Positions 17,112-26,237 of a stretch of DNA of 28,587 nt are shown one piece after another (positions within the stretch are counted from its first letter, which is position 1; each line of letters opens with the position of its first letter). The notes beneath the pieces are model-generated. The model did no database searches. It worked only from the letters and a program-made list of their open reading frames with translations, and was not told where the DNA came from. Origin of the DNA: an uncultured Rickettsiales bacterium (lineage in GTDB: Bacteria > Pseudomonadota > Alphaproteobacteria > Rickettsiales > UBA1997). The position numbers were made by a program, and so were the translations under genes. Location of the stretch: positions 1 to 28,587 of the forward strand of contig CALXRO010000023.1 in NCBI GenBank assembly GCA_944390875.1. Reading direction: 5' to 3'.

Positions 17112-19280
17112 TCAATCCATTTTTTTTGATAATTCTTTAATAACTTCTTTTTTTAATTCAACATTGTTTCTTTTACCAGTACTAAATAGAGGAAACTCTT
17201 CTTTGTACAAAATAATCTTAGGTAAAAAAAGCTCTGAAATTCCGTTATTTTTTACATAACTTTGTAGAGTTTCTTTATTAACCATTTTATTATTTGTAGC
17301 TAACACTATTTGTTCCCCTTTACTTTCATGTGGTATAGAAACAGCCCCATATTGAAATTCAGTTTTCATCCATTCATAACATTTTTCAACTAAATTTTCA
17401 ACTGCAGTTAGTGAAATCATTTCACCGCCTATTTTAGCAAATCTTTTAAGCCTATCAGTTATATAAAAATAACCTGCCTCATCAACATAACCAATATCAC
17501 CAGTCTCATACCAACCGTCTTCAATTGGAATGATTTTACCAGGTTCTTCCGATTTTATATAACCTTTCATTATATTTGGTCCTTTAAAGCAAATTATTCC
17601 ACCTTTATCTATACCATCAACATGTTTAAATTTATATTCAAGAGCAGGTAATAACTGACCTATAGATCCAAACCTGCAATATACCAAGTTATTTGCTGTC
17701 AACACTGGCGAGCATTCTGTGGTTCCATAACCTTCTAAAAGTCTAACGCCAAATTTTTCTGACCAAATATTTCTTGTATCCTGTCTTACAGATTCAGCTC
17801 CGCCCAACACAATTCTCATACTATTAAAATCATACGAGTGAGCAACTTTTGCATAGCCTTTAAAGAAAGTATCTGTTGCAAACATTGTTGTAGCACCTAT
17901 TTCATAAACTATTTCTGGTATTATTCTATAATGTAAAGGAGAAGGATATAAAAATACCTTACCACCAACAATCAAAGGAAAAACTGTTCCAACAGTTAAA
18001 CCAAAACAATGAAACATAGGTAAGACATTAAAAATTGTATCTGTATTGTTTATGTCTATCATACATTTGCACTGCATTATATTGGCAACCAAATTTGAAT
18101 GTGTTATTACAACAGCTTTAGGTGTACCTTCAGAACCGGATGTAAATAAAACAGCACAATTTTTGTTCCCGCTATATTTAAATGGTATATCCTTAATTTT
18201 ATATTGCCAAAAAGCTTTCAATTTATCTTTAATAGTAAAATTTTTAGCAATTTCCTCTAAATAATATATTTTTACTCCTGTACTTTTTAATGCATATATT
18301 AATTCATCTAATTTTGCAATTTCTATAAATTCCTTTGAAGTTATTACATTATTTATAACAGCCGTTTTGCACATTGAAATTACATTCGCTGTACCACTTG
18401 AAAAATTTAACATGGCTGGAACTCTATCATATGCAAGTAATCCAAAAAATGTACAAAAATTTGCACATGAATTAGGTAAAAGTATACCAACATTTTCTTG
18501 TTCTTTAAAATGTTCTTTAAAATAGTTACCTAGTATAAAACTCTTAATAACCACATCTTTATAAGTTTGTGGTTTTCTTTTAGCATCTTCAAGAACATAA
18601 GGTCTTTTAAATAAACCGTGTTTTCCATGTATTTTTGACGATTTTATTAATAGATAAAACATGGATATTTTATTATCATATATTGTCCTAAAATTCAGTT
18701 CTAATAATATTCTATGAACTAAATGGCTAAGATAATCTCTTTCTCTTCTTAATTCATCTTTAAGTTTTATTTCTTCAGGTTTTCCAATATTTATAACTAC
18801 TTTTGGTAATGGTCTTGTAGGCATTTTTCCTTTTAATTCTGAGAAACAACTATATTCCATGCCTTCTATCCATATTGGAATTAATGGTACACCAGCTTTA
18901 TCAGCCAATATACCTGGTGCCTCGTAAATTTTCATCATACCGCCACTCTTTGTAACTCTACCTTCTGGGAATATTAGGCAACTTCTACCATCTTCAAGTT
19001 TTGTTAAAACTTCTTTTAAAGATTTTGGGTCTATTGGATTAAATTCAAGAATGTCGGCTCCTTTTAGAAAAAATCTGACAAATCTTTTCCTAAGAATAGA
19101 GCTATTTAATACCATTATAGGATTATTTGGCAGAAAAGCATACAAAAGTATTGGATCTATATGAGATACATGATTTGATATAAATATTCCTTTTTTAGGT
19201 AAATCATCAACTTTAGTTTCAAATTTACAACTAACTTTTAAACATCTTAAAATTTGTCTTAAAAAAAATTTTCTAATCAT
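17112..19280 (-). CDS. aas: bifunctional 2-acyl-GPE acyltransferase / acyl-ACP synthetase Aas (no MFS domain)
   Basis: 722 aa; PlsC motifs NHVSHID and IFPEGR; AMP-binding FTSGSEGTPK, EGYGTTE, TGD, DRLKRFAKIGGEMISL. Confidence 0.92.
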   Translation of the reverse strand: MIRKFFLRQILRCLKVSCKFETKVDDLPKKGIFISNHVSHIDPILLYAFLPNNPIMVLNSSILRKRFVRFFLKGADILEFNPIDPKSLKEVLTKLEDGRSCLIFPEGRVTKSGGMMKIYEAPGILADKAGVPLIPIWIEGMEYSCFSELKGKMPTRPLPKVVINIGKPEEIKLKDELRRERDYLSHLVHRILLELNFRTIYDNKISMFYLLIKSSKIHGKHGLFKRPYVLEDAKRKPQTYKDVVIKSFILGNYFKEHFKEQENVGILLPNSCANFCTFFGLLAYDRVPAMLNFSSGTANVISMCKTAVINNVITSKEFIEIAKLDELIYALKSTGVKIYYLEEIAKNFTIKDKLKAFWQYKIKDIPFKYSGNKNCAVLFTSGSEGTPKAVVITHSNLVANIMQCKCMIDINNTDTIFNVLPMFHCFGLTVGTVFPLIVGGKVFLYPSPLHYRIIPEIVYEIGATTMFATDTFFKGYAKVAHSYDFNSMRIVLGGAESVRQDTRNIWSEKFGVRLLEGYGTTECSPVLTANNLVYCRFGSIGQLLPALEYKFKHVDGIDKGGIICFKGPNIMKGYIKSEEPGKIIPIEDGWYETGDIGYVDEAGYFYITDRLKRFAKIGGEMISLTAVENLVEKCYEWMKTEFQYGAVSIPHESKGEQIVLATNNKMVNKETLQSYVKNNGISELFLPKIILYKEEFPLFSTGKRNNVELKKEVIKELSKKMD

Positions 19281-19292
19281 AATGTTAATAAG

Positions 19293-20339
19293 TTATTCAA
19301 ATATTCTAAATCCATAATGTTTTAGAAATCTTATATCTCCATCGTAAAGATTTCTTATATCTTTTATTCCATACTTTAGCATAGCCATTCTTTCTATACC
19401 AAAACCAAATGCAAAACCTTGATACTCGTTATTATCTATTCCTACATTTTTTAAAACGTTTGGATGTAACATTCCTGCACCAAGTATTTCAATCCAATTA
19501 TCTCCTTCTCCTAAAAGAATTCTATCTGATTCTTTCTTATATTTTATATCTACTTCTACACTTGGACTTGTAAAAGGAAAATAGCTAGGACGAAATCTTA
19601 ATGGAACTTTATTTATGTCAAAATATTTTTTTAATATAGTTATCAAGCAATTTTTTAAATCTTGCATTGTTATATTTTTGTCAAGATATACACCTTCCAT
19701 TTGATGGAACATTGGTGCATGTGTTGCATCCATCTCACTTCTAAAGACCTTTCCTGTACAAAAAAATTTAAATGGAGGTTTTTTACCACTCATTTCTCTT
19801 ATTTCCATTGAGCTTGTTTGAGTTCTTAGTAAGATACTTTTATCATTATCCTCATTGTTATTTAGATAAAATGTATCCTGCATTTGCCTTGCTGGGTGAT
19901 GTTTTGGTATATTTAAACCTTCAAAACAATTCCAATCATTTTCTATTTCTGATCCGTTTGTTATTGTAAATCCCATAGAGTAAAGAATTTCTCTAAATTC
20001 TTGTTGGACTTTAGATATTGGATGTATAAAACCAATATTTGATTGTCTTACAGGTAAACTTATATCAAGTGATTCTTTTTCTAATTCTTCTTTAATTAAT
20101 TTATCTTTTATAACTTTTTCAATTTCTTCTAACTTTGATACTATAAATCCTCGGAGTTCATTAATTTTTGATCCAATTTCTTTCTTTTTGTCTGATGTTA
20201 AATTTGCTATGTTTTTTAATAATTCATTTAATTCACTTTTTTTGCCTAAAAAATTTGCTTTAAGTTCTTTTAATTGCTCAAAATTCTTGATGGAATTAAC
20301 CTTTTCTAAAAAATTTTTTTTAATTTTTTCTAAATCCAT
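19293..20339 (-). CDS. pheS: phenylalanyl-tRNA synthetase alpha subunit
   Basis: HPARQMQDTFY, LRTQTS, GKVFR, HAPMFHQMEG, FRPSYFPFTSPS, GAGMLHP, GFAFGFGIER. Confidence 0.98.
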   Translation of the reverse strand: MDLEKIKKNFLEKVNSIKNFEQLKELKANFLGKKSELNELLKNIANLTSDKKKEIGSKINELRGFIVSKLEEIEKVIKDKLIKEELEKESLDISLPVRQSNIGFIHPISKVQQEFREILYSMGFTITNGSEIENDWNCFEGLNIPKHHPARQMQDTFYLNNNEDNDKSILLRTQTSSMEIREMSGKKPPFKFFCTGKVFRSEMDATHAPMFHQMEGVYLDKNITMQDLKNCLITILKKYFDINKVPLRFRPSYFPFTSPSVEVDIKYKKESDRILLGEGDNWIEILGAGMLHPNVLKNVGIDNNEYQGFAFGFGIERMAMLKYGIKDIRNLYDGDIRFLKHYGFRIFE

Positions 20340-20371
20340 GAAAACATAGTTAAAAAAATGATATTACTTTT

Positions 20372-20399
20372 ATTGTATTATTTAAAATGTTTTAATCAA
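20372..20399 (-). promoter_or_regulatory. putative pheS operon promoter
   Basis: TTGATT, 16-nt spacer, TACAAT on the minus strand. Confidence 0.4.
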
Positions 20400-20463
20400 G
20401 ACAATATCAAATAAATAAGTTATTAAATTACAAAAACAATTGTAATTATTATTAATAATAATC

Positions 20464-20491
20464 TTGAGATTTGATCGATTTAAATTATAAT
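20464..20491 (+). promoter_or_regulatory. putative xseA promoter
   Basis: TTGAGA, 16-nt spacer, TATAAT. Confidence 0.45.
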
Positions 20492-20530
20492 AACTATTAT
20501 TATAATAGCACACTTAGTAATATATAATAT

Positions 20531-21652
20531 ATGCAACTAATTCAGCAATATAAGGTTTCTGAACTAATAACACAAATAAAGTCCTTACTTGAAAATACAT
20601 TTTATTACATAAAAGTAATAGGTGAAGTCAGCGGATTAAAAATTTCTGCCAATGGTCATATATACTTTAATTTAAAAGACGAACTAGCACTAATAAACGT
20701 TGTTTTATTTAAAAATTCAATAAATACAAATACTCCGAAACTAGAAGATGGAACGGAAATTATAGTTTATGGTAGACTAACAATATACAAGGATAGATCA
20801 AATTATCAAATAATAGCTGAAAATATTGAAATAAATGGTATTGGATCTTTATTAAAATTAATCGAAGAAAGAAAAAGAAAATTAAAATCCGAAGGTTTAT
20901 TTGACAATAAAAAAAATATACCAGAAATAATAAAAAAAGTAGGTATTATAACTTCACCAAAAGGAGCTGCTATAAAAGATATAGAATCAAGATTACACGA
21001 AAGGATGCCAATTGATGTTATTCTGTATCCATCTTTAGTGCAAGGACAAAATGCAGATTTAAGTATAATCGCTGGCATAAAATATTTCAATTTAAAAGAG
21101 TCTGTCGATGTTATAGTTATTACTCGTGGAGGCGGCTCTTTTGAAGATCTGATGTGTTTTAATAGTGAGTTACTTGCTAGAGAAATTTTTGCCTCAAAAC
21201 TTCCAACAATAACTGCTATAGGTCATGAAATTGATTGGACTATAGCTGATTACGTATCAGATCTTAGATTGCCTACACCAACAGCCGTAGCTGAGTTTTT
21301 ATCACCATTAAAGTCTACTTTTATAAAAAAAATAGATTCAATTTTTTTTAAAATAATAAAATTATTTTTAAAAATAATAGATAACCAATTAATAAAAATA
21401 AGTAACTTATATCATAATATACTTTCAACAATAGGAAAAAAATATTATAATAAGTTAGCAATACTTAGATGTAATATTTATAGACTTTCTAGGTTTAATA
21501 GGAAAAAAATCCTAAAACAAGGCTATGCTTTAATAAGAAAAAATGGTATAATTTTAAATAGAGATAGCAAGTTATCAAAAGGCGATATACTTGAAATTGA
21601 AATATTTAATAGAAAAATAAAAGTATCTGTTATATCAGAAGAATATTTTTAG
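20531..21652 (+). CDS. xseA: exodeoxyribonuclease VII large subunit (short form)
   Basis: GEVSG, NGHIYF, GIITSPKGAAIKD, LVQG, RGGGSFEDL, AIGHEID, PTPTAVAE. Confidence 0.96.
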   Translation: MQLIQQYKVSELITQIKSLLENTFYYIKVIGEVSGLKISANGHIYFNLKDELALINVVLFKNSINTNTPKLEDGTEIIVYGRLTIYKDRSNYQIIAENIEINGIGSLLKLIEERKRKLKSEGLFDNKKNIPEIIKKVGIITSPKGAAIKDIESRLHERMPIDVILYPSLVQGQNADLSIIAGIKYFNLKESVDVIVITRGGGSFEDLMCFNSELLAREIFASKLPTITAIGHEIDWTIADYVSDLRLPTPTAVAEFLSPLKSTFIKKIDSIFFKIIKLFLKIIDNQLIKISNLYHNILSTIGKKYYNKLAILRCNIYRLSRFNRKKILKQGYALIRKNGIILNRDSKLSKGDILEIEIFNRKIKVSVISEEYF

Positions 21653-22788
21653 AAAAATATTCTAGTTTTTAATTGTATAAGATCATAAGAATTTCTATTT
21701 GTCACAAAATTTTCTTTTATTTTTGAATATTGTAAAGTAAATCTAAAACCATCAACTGGGCTCCAGTTCATTGCTATCATATATTCATCAAATTTTCCAC
21801 AGTTTATTTTATAATTATACTTTTTTAAGTTCATATTTGTTTCAGAAAATTTAAAAGATATAGAAAAAGCACCAAAGCCACTCTTATTTAAAGGTTTTTT
21901 AACTTTGATAAAATTAAACATACCTTCTTTATATATCATACTTTCACCAGTAATATTTATTGTACTTTCAATATAAAAATTATAAAGATTATTAAATGTT
22001 ATTTTATATTTTTCAGGTATAATCCATGCAGTTCTATATTCACTTTGCACATTTAAAAAATAATAATTTATTGCAGCTTCAAGACCAACCCTTTGAATTT
22101 TATTAAATGGATATATATCATTTATATTATTATATTTATTATTCCTGTCTTCATTATAAACATTAAAACCTATATGTACAAGATTATTATTACTTCTAAT
22201 TGGATTAAAATATCCTCGCAACATTAATGTTATCTTGCTTACATTTTTTGGTACATCATGTATACTATTTCCATATATTCCTATATAAGCACCATATCTA
22301 GTATCATCATATTTTAAGGCAATACCATTTGAATACGAAGTAAATAAATCGCAACTACTAAATAATGAATAATTGTTAAAAATTGTATAATTATAGCCAA
22401 TATTTTCCATAGATGGTTGAACTCCAGTTTGACCAAATACTATGTGAGATTTTTCGTTTAATGTATATATTAAGTATAATTCCTTGAATAATATGGAATT
22501 TGGCTTACTATCAAATTTCATTACTATTAAAGCATCTTTTGATATATTAAATTTAGTATTAAACATTGCAGAAGAAATATAAAAACCGCTTAAATCATCT
22601 CGTAATGTCTTTAGAGTATTTTTTTTGTCAGTTTTATCCCTATTATTATTGTATAATAAATCCATATGTAATCTACCGGAAAATTGTATAATATCGCTTT
22701 TTGGAACATCTATGTTTGCTGTTGCTTTGAAACAGAATATTAAAGTAAAAAATGTAAAAAATATAATATTAATTTTAAAATTTCTCAT
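21649..22788 (-). CDS. outer-membrane porin, OprO/OprP (phosphate-selective porin) family, divergent
   Basis: signal peptide; QFSGRLHMD, FGQTGVQPSME, ITGES, KPL..GFGAF, MNWSP; amphipathic strands; terminal Phe. Confidence 0.75.
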   Translation of the reverse strand: MRNFKINIIFFTFFTLIFCFKATANIDVPKSDIIQFSGRLHMDLLYNNNRDKTDKKNTLKTLRDDLSGFYISSAMFNTKFNISKDALIVMKFDSKPNSILFKELYLIYTLNEKSHIVFGQTGVQPSMENIGYNYTIFNNYSLFSSCDLFTSYSNGIALKYDDTRYGAYIGIYGNSIHDVPKNVSKITLMLRGYFNPIRSNNNLVHIGFNVYNEDRNNKYNNINDIYPFNKIQRVGLEAAINYYFLNVQSEYRTAWIIPEKYKITFNNLYNFYIESTINITGESMIYKEGMFNFIKVKKPLNKSGFGAFSISFKFSETNMNLKKYNYKINCGKFDEYMIAMNWSPVDGFRFTLQYSKIKENFVTNRNSYDLIQLKTRIFF

Positions 22789-22862
22789 ATTTTGTTGTAG
22801 TTTGTGTTATTTTGTAATAAAATAAATTCTTATCATAATTATATTATCCATATAAATTAAAA

Positions 22863-23072
22863 TTAATTCTCAAAATCAACATTAATAACATTTTCATCGT
22901 TATCAGTAATCAGTTGCATTTGCAGATCATTAGTATTATTTTCTACTATATTTAAAATATCTTGTAAATTATCCCCATCATTATTTAGATAAGGAACTGT
23001 CTCAATGTTTTTTGGTTGTTCAAAATCACTCTTTTTACTTAGATTATATATATTTTCCTCATTTTTTGACAT
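22863..23072 (-). CDS. small acidic hypothetical protein (about 69 aa from ATG 23072)
   Basis: D/E/N-rich hydrophilic sequence fills otherwise empty space; the track's 5' extension to 23318 overlaps slt antisense and looks like shadow. Confidence 0.45.
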   Translation of the reverse strand: MSKNEENIYNLSKKSDFEQPKNIETVPYLNNDGDNLQDILNIVENNTNDLQMQLITDNDENVINVDFEN

Positions 23073-23127
23073 TTTAAACGATATTATTATCATAAACATA
23101 AATCTACATGATTTATTTAATTTTTCA

Positions 23128-25200
23128 ATGTATAAAAATATTATTATATTAATTTTAACAACATTTTTATCGTATTTTAGCTCAACAAAACATACTTTTG
23201 CTAAGAAAAAAATGTTTAATACAAACAAAAGTATAGAAAGATTAGACGAAAACGAATATTTAATGAACAAAGAAGACGAAGCAATTTTTCTAAAAATAAA
23301 AGAAAAAATATCAGACAAAAATTGGAAAGAAGCAAAAAAATTAAAAGATGAAATTAATGATGAAGGTTATAGATTAGCAATAGAAACATATATTTTGCTA
23401 AATCATTTTAAATCTATATTTGTTATGGAAAGAAGTGATATAGTAGATTTAATTCATTTTGTAAAAAACAACTATTTTCTTGATGAATTTGATTATTTCA
23501 ATAAAAGGATAGAATTTTACTATCTTGGTGGAATAATAGATTTTTCCGATGTTTCTGAATACTTTAATATATTTCATACTAAAGATATTAATGTTAAAAT
23601 TAAATTATTGAAAGATGAAATATTAAACATATCAAAAGTTGAAGAATATAAAACAAAAAACAAATTAAATGCAGAAATTGGTAATAAAATTAAAAATATT
23701 TGGATCAATGATACTTTTTCAGATGATGAACAAGAAATGTTTTTTAATGAATTTAAAGAATATATAAATGATGATTTTATTAAGGAAAGAGCAGAAATTT
23801 TAGTATTTAAGGGAAGATTAAATAATTTAGCCAAACTTATTGATATTATGTCTAATAACGATCATAAACAATTATTTATTTCCATTTTAGAAATTGAAGA
23901 TAACCCAGATTCAATAAGAAATATAATAAAAAAAATACCAAAGGAATTAAGGGAAAATGAAGCTTTATTATATTCAAAATTAAAATATTATAGAAATATA
24001 GAAAAAGATAAAGAAGCTATAGATATAATATATAATTTGGAAGGTCAACAAAAATTTGGAAAATTTTGGTATACATATAGGAATATATATGCAAGAGAAC
24101 TTATGAAAACAAAAGAATATGAAAAAGCATATAAAATAATAAGTTCTTATAATGGACCTAAAAACAACGATTATATTGATATATTATGGTTTTCTGGTTG
24201 GTTAGCTTATAGATATTTAGGAAAATACGATATAGCTTTCAACCATTTTTACAATATGTATAAACAAGTTCATTATCCAATAAGTATATCTCGTGCAAGT
24301 TATTGGTTAGGTAGAGTTTCTGAATCAAAAAATAAATCAAAAGACGCATTGTACTGGTATAACATATCTTCAAAATATCCATTTACTTTTTATGGGCAAT
24401 TATCTCATTTTAATAGATATGATTTACTTGAAGAAAAAACAGATGATGATAAAAAGTTTATGTTTCCAGAAGAACAAATAATAACAAAAGAAGATAAAGA
24501 AAATATATCAAAAAATAGAATATTAAAGATTGCTCTACTATATTATAATTATGAAGGAAAAAGAGAGCAAGCAAATAAAATTTTCTCAGAATTAGTAACT
24601 TATTTACTAAAATCAAAAGGAGAAATATCTGAACTTGTAAAAATTATAGAAAAACTTGACGATGAAAAACTAATAATACCAATCTCAAAGTTAGCAAGTC
24701 ATAAAATGGTATTTTTCATAAATAATTTATTTCCTACACTAAGATTGGTAAAAAAAACAGATCCAAATGTAGCGTTAGTTCATGCCATCATAAAACAGGA
24801 AAGTGGTTTTATTGTACAAGCTGAAAGTAGTGCTGGCGCTATAGGTTTTATGCAAATAATACCACCAACAGCAAAAGTTTTATGTAACGAATTAGGAATA
24901 ACATACAATAGCTATAAATTAAAACACGATCCACAGTATAATATAAAATTGGGAAATTATTATATAAATCAATTAATAAAAAAATTTGATGGTTCTAAAA
25001 TATTAGCTATAGCATCTTATAACGCTGGTCCAGAGGCTACAAATAGATGGATAAAAGATTTTGGTGATCCTAGAAAAATGGCTGAAATGGATGATGTAGT
25101 GGATTGGATAGAATCAATAAACTACAAAGAAACAAGGAACTATGTTCAAAGGATTTTGGAGAATTTAGTTATATATGAACAAATTCTTGGTATAGAATAA
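23128..25200 (+). CDS. slt: soluble lytic murein transglycosylase (Slt70-like), probable start ATG 23128
   Basis: AIIKQESGF (catalytic Glu), GAIGFMQIIP-x-TA, ASYNAGP, ETRNYVQRIL; signal-like MYKNIIILILTTFLSYF begins at 23128. Confidence 0.93.
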   Translation: MYKNIIILILTTFLSYFSSTKHTFAKKKMFNTNKSIERLDENEYLMNKEDEAIFLKIKEKISDKNWKEAKKLKDEINDEGYRLAIETYILLNHFKSIFVMERSDIVDLIHFVKNNYFLDEFDYFNKRIEFYYLGGIIDFSDVSEYFNIFHTKDINVKIKLLKDEILNISKVEEYKTKNKLNAEIGNKIKNIWINDTFSDDEQEMFFNEFKEYINDDFIKERAEILVFKGRLNNLAKLIDIMSNNDHKQLFISILEIEDNPDSIRNIIKKIPKELRENEALLYSKLKYYRNIEKDKEAIDIIYNLEGQQKFGKFWYTYRNIYARELMKTKEYEKAYKIISSYNGPKNNDYIDILWFSGWLAYRYLGKYDIAFNHFYNMYKQVHYPISISRASYWLGRVSESKNKSKDALYWYNISSKYPFTFYGQLSHFNRYDLLEEKTDDDKKFMFPEEQIITKEDKENISKNRILKIALLYYNYEGKREQANKIFSELVTYLLKSKGEISELVKIIEKLDDEKLIIPISKLASHKMVFFINNLFPTLRLVKKTDPNVALVHAIIKQESGFIVQAESSAGAIGFMQIIPPTAKVLCNELGITYNSYKLKHDPQYNIKLGNYYINQLIKKFDGSKILAIASYNAGPEATNRWIKDFGDPRKMAEMDDVVDWIESINYKETRNYVQRILENLVIYEQILGIE

Positions 25201-26237
25201 TGAAATTGGCTTTAGGTAGATTTTACAATAAAAATTGTGATATTAGATATAATTTTGAAAAGATTTTAAAACTATATAAGGAAGCTGTTAATAGAAATAT
25301 AGAAATTGTTATATTTCCAAGATTGGCAATTACTGGATTTTTTCTAGACGATATATTATACAATAATGAATTTATTAAAAAAATTGAAAAATACTTAGAA
25401 AAAATTATTACTGCAACAGTTAGCGAAAAAACTAAAATATTACTAGGTAGTCCATTTTTTGAGAATGATACTTTTGGCAATGAAAATGATTATATTGAAT
25501 ATAAAAAATTAAAAGATTCAGTATTATTTATAGATAATGGTTATATAGATAGCGCAATTTACAGAAAAGAAATAAGTAAAAATAACAAATTAGAAGATTA
25601 TAAGTATTTTGATAAAAATTCGTTTTTAAAATATTTTTTTTATAATAAAAAGAAATTTTCTGTGTTATTATCTGATGATATATATAATAATTTTAATATT
25701 ATTTTAATTAACGATAATAAGCCTGATTATATTATATGTTTGGACAGTTCTGATAATACTAAAGAAATTGAAAAACATTTAATAAAATTATCAAAATTTT
25801 CAAAAAGCCCCGTAATATACATGAATAATACAACTTATCATGAAGGAATGTTATTTGATGGTAAAATTATAATGATTAATGAAGATTATGAATTAATAAT
25901 AAACGATAATTACAAAAATGATTGTTTATTCGAATTTGAAATTGATTGTGATGATGGTAGTGAATTGTTTGTAGATAAAACTTATTATAAAAACAATAAT
26001 GATATCTATTATGTCTTAAAAAAATATTTTCAAAGAAGCAAAATTACATTAGATATTGATAAATATCAAAATTTATTAAATAATAAAAATTATAATTTTA
26101 TAAAATTTTCAGATAGTAATTCCAAATGTAATTGTAAAATAGTAAATTTAGAAGATTATATAAATATTGAATTATATAATAAATTAAACAAAAAAGAGAA
26201 AAATATCATAAAAAATAAAATAATTGAAATATTATGA
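25200..26237 (+). CDS. nitrilase/carbon-nitrogen hydrolase-fold protein resembling the glutaminase domain of glutamine-dependent NadE; catalytically degenerate, no synthetase domain
   Basis: MKLAL...DI..N..KI, VIFPRL-x-TG, YRK, YKYF, LSDDIY, FDG; no SGGxDS P-loop. Confidence 0.75.
   Translation: MKLALGRFYNKNCDIRYNFEKILKLYKEAVNRNIEIVIFPRLAITGFFLDDILYNNEFIKKIEKYLEKIITATVSEKTKILLGSPFFENDTFGNENDYIEYKKLKDSVLFIDNGYIDSAIYRKEISKNNKLEDYKYFDKNSFLKYFFYNKKKFSVLLSDDIYNNFNIILINDNKPDYIICLDSSDNTKEIEKHLIKLSKFSKSPVIYMNNTTYHEGMLFDGKIIMINEDYELIINDNYKNDCLFEFEIDCDDGSELFVDKTYYKNNNDIYYVLKKYFQRSKITLDIDKYQNLLNNKNYNFIKFSDSNSKCNCKIVNLEDYINIELYNKLNKKEKNIIKNKIIEIL

Noticed and set aside
14627-18264. Plus-strand ORFs 14627-14836, 15119-15340, 15681-15929, 16794-17129 and 18046-18264
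   Set aside because: Antisense shadows of dnaQ, mlaC, the TPR-like gene and aas
19772-25480. Short ORFs 19772-19969, 20806-21090, 22625-22825, 23574-23834 and 25223-25480
   Set aside because: Overlap pheS, xseA, the porin, slt or the nitrilase-like gene; no independent support
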